Part shown: in pieces, positions 59,170-64,000 of the stretch | Layout of the letters: each line of letters begins with the position of its first letter | Position numbering within the stretch: the first letter of the stretch is position 1 | Assembly (NCBI GenBank): GCA_965219445.1 | Contig: CBDCNQ010000004.1 | Location: forward strand, 640,001 to 704,000 | DNA length: 64,000 nt | Direction: 5' to 3' | Source of the DNA: Longimicrobiales bacterium | GTDB taxonomy: Bacteria > Gemmatimonadota > Gemmatimonadetes > Longimicrobiales > Gaopeijiaceae | Program-made: the position numbers and the translations under genes | Notes under the pieces: generated by a model | What the model was told of the DNA's origin: nothing | The model's database searches: none | Seen by the model: the letters and a program-made list of their open reading frames with translations, nothing else

Positions 59170-59408
59170 TCACGCCGAGGTTCCGAGGGCAGTCCGAATC
59201 TGCACCTTTCGCGCTTTTCGCATGGTGTAAACCTGGTCGATTTCTCCGCTGAGGACAAACACTACCGACGCGTAATAGATCCAGAACAAGAGCACGACTA
59301 CGGTGGTGAGATTCCCGTATGCGGAGCGGTAGTCGGCTACAGACGTGACATACCAATGAGGCCGGCACGACGGGAACTGAGAGGGGAAGCTACGGTGCCG
59401 GCACTCAC
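59170..59408 (-). pseudogene. Remnant of a YihY/BrkB family membrane protein gene (C-terminal ~60 codons only)
   Basis: 59355->59170 reads WYVTSVADYRSAYGNLTTVVVLLFWIYYASVVFVLSGEIDQVY...*, matching the YihY YGxL...LLWIY...GE signature; out of frame with the GTG at 59408. Confidence 0.7.
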
Positions 59409-59427
59409 GAGCGTCCCGACTCGGTCA

Positions 59428-59856
59428 CTATTCGTCTACGTCTTCCTCCGGGGACGGCGTCGCGCCTACGGCCGCCTCCCTCGCCGCAGCGATCCCCGCC
59501 TTGGCGGCGGCCTTGGAACGCTCGAGTTTGTCTTCGAGATCCGTACGGGCCTCCTCGGCCGCCATACGTCCCGATTCTACCGCGTCGCGCACCAACTCGA
59601 CACGAGACTCCACGCCCTCCCGAACGTTCTCCAATCGATCTTCGAGGGTGAGTTGGGCCTCGCGCATGCGCTCCTCAGCTGCAGCGCGGAGCTTCTGGGC
59701 ACGGACCCGTATCTCCTCCTGTGTCTCTTCGCCGGATTGGGGAGCGAAGAGCAGAGCCAGCCCAGCCCCGACCAACGCACCGAGGCAGAACGACCCAAAA
59801 CTCCCGCCACTGTCCCGCTCGACGAGGATGTAAGGGAGGTCATCTTGATTACGCAT
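59428..59856 (-). CDS. YtxH domain-containing protein
   Basis: FCLGALVGAGLALLFAPQSGEETQ followed by a coiled coil. Confidence 0.88.
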   Translation of the reverse strand: MRNQDDLPYILVERDSGGSFGSFCLGALVGAGLALLFAPQSGEETQEEIRVRAQKLRAAAEERMREAQLTLEDRLENVREGVESRVELVRDAVESGRMAAEEARTDLEDKLERSKAAAKAGIAAAREAAVGATPSPEEDVDE

Positions 59857-59957
59857 GATGTGCACTCCTTCCGCAGCGTCTGGAAGCGGGGCAAGGCACC
59901 CGCAACCATCTCAAAATATACCGCCGAGGGGAGTCAGATCACAGGGAACGTCTTCGC

Positions 59958-61358
59958 CTATCCCTGTCCGAGCCGCCAACGGACATCCGGACCCCATCCT
60001 TTCGGCGGATCGTACCCCTTCCGACCCATCAGCCCATATGTGAGGTGCTTGCCCAGCTCGACTCCCGGTTGATCGAGCGGGTTCACGTCGTACAATGCGC
60101 CGGCGTAGACCGTAGCGACGGACATGAGCATGAAGAGCTCTCCGAGCGTGGACGCATCGAGACACTCCAGCTCGAAAGTCATGTTCGCCCGGCCGCTCCG
60201 GCGGAGTGCCTCGGCCGTCGCCAGTCGTTCGGCATCTATGAGCTGACCCAGCGTGTGTCCTCCGAGATAACCGGTAGCGGGCATCGAGGCTCGATGAGTC
60301 CCAATCTCTGTGTCGGGTCGTGACCCGGTGAGCGCGAGGAAGATGACGACCTTGTCCAGAGGTCCCTCGATGAACAGTTGTAGCTGGGCATGCTGATCGG
60401 TAACCCCCAACGCCGGAAGCGGCGTCGGTCCGGTGTGGACGACGTTGCCGGCACGATCGTGCGCCTTGCCGAGAGACTCGGCCCAGAGCTGCTGAAACCA
60501 GAACGAGAAGGACCGGAGGCGCTCCGAATAGGGCATCATCACGTGGATCGATGCGCCCGATTCGGTATGAGCCATGTGAAGCAGTGTAGCCATGAGTCCT
60601 GCCGGGTTCTCTGACAGCACCGGCGTTCGGCAGTATTCCTCGGCCCGCGCGGCGCCTGCGAGAAGTCCCGCCGCATCCAGGCCAGCGAGGGTGGCCGGAA
60701 AGAGTCCCACCGGCGAAAGCACGGAAAAACGGCCTCCGACGTTTTCCGGAATCGGCAGGCTTTCGATTCCCTCGGCCTCGGCTATCGAGCGCAGGGCTCC
60801 GTTCTGTGGATCGGTGGTGAACACGAAGTGCTCCCCCACCTTTTCCGTGCCTACCTCCTCGATCAGCAGCCCTTCGACGACCAGGTAGAGCGCCATGGTC
60901 TCGGCGGTGGATCCCGACTTGCTGACGACGTTGAACAGCGTACGGCGGAGATCGAGATGCTCTATCGCGTCCAAGACGTCATCAGGATCCACGTTGTCGA
61001 GGATGTACATCCGGGGCCTGCCCTCCCGTTCCTCGTTCGATCGCCCGTTCCACCACGGCCCCAGCAGCGCATCTCGCAGCGTCCGAGCGCCCAAGGCGGA
61101 ACCCCCGATCCCGATGACCACGAGATTCTCGAACCGCCCCTGCAGGCGATCCGCAAGGTCCTGCGCATGGCCCACCCCCCCTGTGTCGTACGGAAGCTCG
61201 AGAAATCCAGTCTCACCGGAACGCCGAGAAGACTCCACCTTTTCATGGGCCGCACGAAAGCGATCTGCGAGGTCTCCCCTGAGACGGTCCGGGTCGACTC
61301 CATCCACGCCGAGGCGCTCCATTACCATGTTCGAAAAATCGAGTGTGATGGGCGTCAT
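59958..61358 (-). CDS. pgi: Glucose-6-phosphate isomerase
   Basis: GIGGSALG, SKSGSTAET, GGRFSVLS, QLWAESLGK, DQPGVELGK. Confidence 0.96.
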   Translation of the reverse strand: MTPITLDFSNMVMERLGVDGVDPDRLRGDLADRFRAAHEKVESSRRSGETGFLELPYDTGGVGHAQDLADRLQGRFENLVVIGIGGSALGARTLRDALLGPWWNGRSNEEREGRPRMYILDNVDPDDVLDAIEHLDLRRTLFNVVSKSGSTAETMALYLVVEGLLIEEVGTEKVGEHFVFTTDPQNGALRSIAEAEGIESLPIPENVGGRFSVLSPVGLFPATLAGLDAAGLLAGAARAEEYCRTPVLSENPAGLMATLLHMAHTESGASIHVMMPYSERLRSFSFWFQQLWAESLGKAHDRAGNVVHTGPTPLPALGVTDQHAQLQLFIEGPLDKVVIFLALTGSRPDTEIGTHRASMPATGYLGGHTLGQLIDAERLATAEALRRSGRANMTFELECLDASTLGELFMLMSVATVYAGALYDVNPLDQPGVELGKHLTYGLMGRKGYDPPKGWGPDVRWRLGQG

Positions 61359-62134
61359 GAGATCTCGATACTCAGACCGTCGTAGGCCGGAGTCACGTTT
61401 TCGGGGAGCCTATCTATCAATTCCTGGTGCCGAACTCGATGGGTGAGATGGATGAGGAAGGTGCGCTCCGCTCCCACGGTCCTCGCCGCATCGACGGCCT
61501 CTTCGACGTTGAAATGAGTCGGATGCGGCCGACCGAACCACAGCGCATTGAGTACCAGAACGCTCACACCCCTCAGTGTTTCCAAGGCGGCCACCGGTAG
61601 TTCCTTCGCGTCGGTGACGTAACCCAGGGACCCGACGCGAAAGCCGTATACGGTGACCGGCCCGTGAGGCACCACCACCGGATCGAAGCGGTGGCCAAGG
61701 ATCATCGTGGCCTCGTCGGGCCCGAACGGCTGGAGGCGCACACGGGGCTTGCTCGTTCCCTCGGGGGGTTGAAAATCGTCGTCGAAAATATACGAGAACC
61801 GGGTTCGAAAGAGATCGTCATACTCCTTTGGAACGAAGGCAGGGATATCACGCCTCTGCCGAACCGTGAAGACGCGTAGATCGTCAATGCCGTGTACATG
61901 GTCGGCATGGCCGTGCGTATACCACACCGCATCGACATTTCCGGCACCGGCAGCAAGCAACTGGAGTCGGAGTTCAGGCGGTGTATCGATCAGAACCGTG
62001 CCCTCGTCTAACTCGAGTAAAGCCCCGTGTCGCGTCCGCTTGTCCCGGGCGTCCTCTGAGGTGCAGACGTCGCAGTCGCACCCGACCACCGGCACGCCGA
62101 AAGAGGTTCCTGTCCCGAGGAAGGTGAGTTTCAT
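61355..62134 (-). CDS. MBL-fold phosphodiesterase (PhnP/YcfH-associated type)
   Basis: MKLTFLGTGTSFGVP..CDCDVC, THGHADHVHGIDD, YVTD, THF, HLTH, AYDG. Confidence 0.9.
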   Translation of the reverse strand: MKLTFLGTGTSFGVPVVGCDCDVCTSEDARDKRTRHGALLELDEGTVLIDTPPELRLQLLAAGAGNVDAVWYTHGHADHVHGIDDLRVFTVRQRRDIPAFVPKEYDDLFRTRFSYIFDDDFQPPEGTSKPRVRLQPFGPDEATMILGHRFDPVVVPHGPVTVYGFRVGSLGYVTDAKELPVAALETLRGVSVLVLNALWFGRPHPTHFNVEEAVDAARTVGAERTFLIHLTHRVRHQELIDRLPENVTPAYDGLSIEIS

Positions 62135-62260
62135 AAGTCCCATACAGGCGGAGGGGTCCGTGGAAGCTGCCCTTGGGCGATCTGAAGAGCAAGGCTCTGC
62201 TACGGACCAAACCATGACCCGCTTGCGCGCGGGCGCCTCCGGACCGAAGCTCCCGGCATC

Positions 62261-63385
62261 ATGACGATACGACTGATCTCAGACGCGTCCTCTCTCCCCG
62301 AGTTGGGCGAGGGCCTGACGGGAAAATCCCGGATGGCCGTAGACCTCGAAGCCGCCGGCTTTCATCGGTATTCGGATCGGGTCTGTCTACTTCAGGTGAG
62401 CAGCGGCGACCATAATTTCGTCGTCGATACGCTCGCCGTCGATCCGTCTGACGTCCTCCGGGGCCCGTTGGAAAGCCCGACCGTGACGGTCCTCCTTCAC
62501 GGCGGCGATTATGATCTTCGACTCCTGGACCGGGACTTGGATCTACACCCCGTGAAGCTTTTCGACACGCAGACCGCTGCGGCGCTTGTGGGAGAGACGT
62601 CTCTCGGGCTCGCGGCGCTCCTAGAAAAGTACCTCGATGTCCACGTTTCCAAGAAATACCAGCGCGCAGACTGGGCGAAGCGTCCTCTGCCGGATGATAT
62701 GCTGGACTATGCGGCGTCGGACACGCGCTATCTGCATGATTTGGCTGACGTCCTCACTGAGCGGTTGGAAACACTCGGGAGAAGCTCCTGGGCGGAAGAG
62801 GAATCGACCCTCATGGAAGCGTTACGCTGGAGCGCCGACGGCGACGACGATCCCGTCACCAAGATCAAGGGTACGCGAGATTTCGAGCTCCGTGAGGTGG
62901 CCCTTCTCCGTGAGGCCTGGTTCTGGAGAGATGAGGTGGCCCGCGCCCGGGATCGCGCCCCCTTCCGAGTGGCTGGAGATCCGGCGCTCCTCAAAGTGGT
63001 ACGTGAGCGGCCGCGAGACATTTCAGCCCTTGGGGGCGTAAATGGTTTTTCGCCCCAGCTCGCGGAACGGTCGGGCAAGGAGTTACTCGATCGGCTCGAG
63101 CAGACCGACAGCCTCGACGATTCCAAGCTCGTGGGTTATCCCCCAGGTCCCCTCGCCCCACGCCGGCCCACGCCCGAGGTGGAGGACATCGCCAACCGCC
63201 TCAAAGCGATTCGTAACGAGACGGCTGAGGCCCTGGGGATCGCCCGGGGACTGCTGATGTCCAACACCGTGATCTTGGAGATCGCCCGTACCCAACCGAG
63301 TTCTGTTGATGAGCTCGCTGGGATGACAGGGGTGAGGCGCTGGCAAGCAGAGGCATTGGCGGATCGGATCTTGGCAAACCTCTAG
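62261..63385 (+). CDS. rnd: Ribonuclease D (DEDD exonuclease plus HRDC domains)
   Basis: AVDLEA, CLLQVS, FDTQ, DWAKRPL, YAASD, followed by HRDC-like repeats. Confidence 0.92.
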   Translation: MTIRLISDASSLPELGEGLTGKSRMAVDLEAAGFHRYSDRVCLLQVSSGDHNFVVDTLAVDPSDVLRGPLESPTVTVLLHGGDYDLRLLDRDLDLHPVKLFDTQTAAALVGETSLGLAALLEKYLDVHVSKKYQRADWAKRPLPDDMLDYAASDTRYLHDLADVLTERLETLGRSSWAEEESTLMEALRWSADGDDDPVTKIKGTRDFELREVALLREAWFWRDEVARARDRAPFRVAGDPALLKVVRERPRDISALGGVNGFSPQLAERSGKELLDRLEQTDSLDDSKLVGYPPGPLAPRRPTPEVEDIANRLKAIRNETAEALGIARGLLMSNTVILEIARTQPSSVDELAGMTGVRRWQAEALADRILANL

Positions 63386-63412
63386 AGTGGGTTCGCAGAA
63401 GGGGACCAGCCC

Positions 63413-63793
63413 CTAGGCCACGTCCTCCTCTTTCCGCTTGCAGTCGATGCAATACCTCGCATGTGGGAGCGCGTCGAGACGCTCATACCCGACCTCGGAG
63501 CCACAGGTGTGGCAGTTTCCGAAGTTCTTAGGATCATCGTACAGCCGGCGTAGCGCCTCCTCGAGGCGATAGATGTAGCGTCCCTCTTTAGTCGCGAAGA
63601 GGGCGGCCTTCTCACGCTCCATCGCTTCGGTCCCCTGGTCCGCCATGTGGTCCGTATAGGCGGATAAGTCGGAGTCCATCGACTCTCGATCGAGCTTGGC
63701 AATGCGGTCGAAGAGCCCCAACGCCTTGAGCGCTCTTGCCCGCTCATCCATGAGCCGACCCTCGATGTGCTGGAGCTGCTTCTTGGTCAACAT
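63413..63793 (-). CDS. DksA/TraR C4 zinc-finger protein
   Basis: Coiled coil with DHMAD tip; CHTC...ERLDALP..RYCIDC. Confidence 0.9.
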   Translation of the reverse strand: MLTKKQLQHIEGRLMDERARALKALGLFDRIAKLDRESMDSDLSAYTDHMADQGTEAMEREKAALFATKEGRYIYRLEEALRRLYDDPKNFGNCHTCGSEVGYERLDALPHARYCIDCKRKEEDVA

Positions 63794-64000
63794 TCCGAAT
63801 TTGTATCGCGTTCCGATTGTGGAAGAGCGCGGCCAACTCGCCCCAAGGCGAGGACCCCAAGGCGAGGAAATTAATCGAATCGGAAAATGTCGTCTACGTC
63901 AACGCGGCATCTTCACGTGTTAGTGTCCTGAGTCGGCGGTTCAGCAAAAATTCGCGGCAGAATCAGATCGGTCGGATCCCAGCCCCTACGTGAGGGTAGT

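Overview
High-GC bacterial chromosome segment, almost entirely on the minus strand. Protein features suggest Gemmatimonadota/Longimicrobiales (inference, not searched). The core is the translation/transcription supercluster: tRNA-Tyr/Gly/Thr-tuf-rpmG-secE-nusG-rplKAJL-rpoBC, then rpsLG-fusA-tuf and the S10-spc-alpha operons through rplQ and rpmB. It is flanked on the left by the start of a surface-polysaccharide locus and on the right by housekeeping and accessory genes (M3 peptidase, saccharopine dehydrogenase-like, GGDEF, NHL, cysS, pyrD/pyrF, amidase, smpB, pgi, rnd, dksA-like). The most notable feature is a three-gene cassette between rpoC and rpsL. It encodes an HPr-kinase-like P-loop kinase, a PqqD/RRE domain fused in cis to a Tat-like leader and a 10-Cys core peptide, and a nucleotidyltransferase that is broken here by a C10 frameshift and a TAG. 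This looks like an uncharacterised RiPP-like system with the precursor fused to its own RRE. Other points: the two tuf copies share a near-identical, structured ~270-nt 3' intergenic region; several ribosomal proteins carry repeat-built extensions (L4 has ~170 extra aa); and four non-essential genes are disrupted while essential genes are intact.
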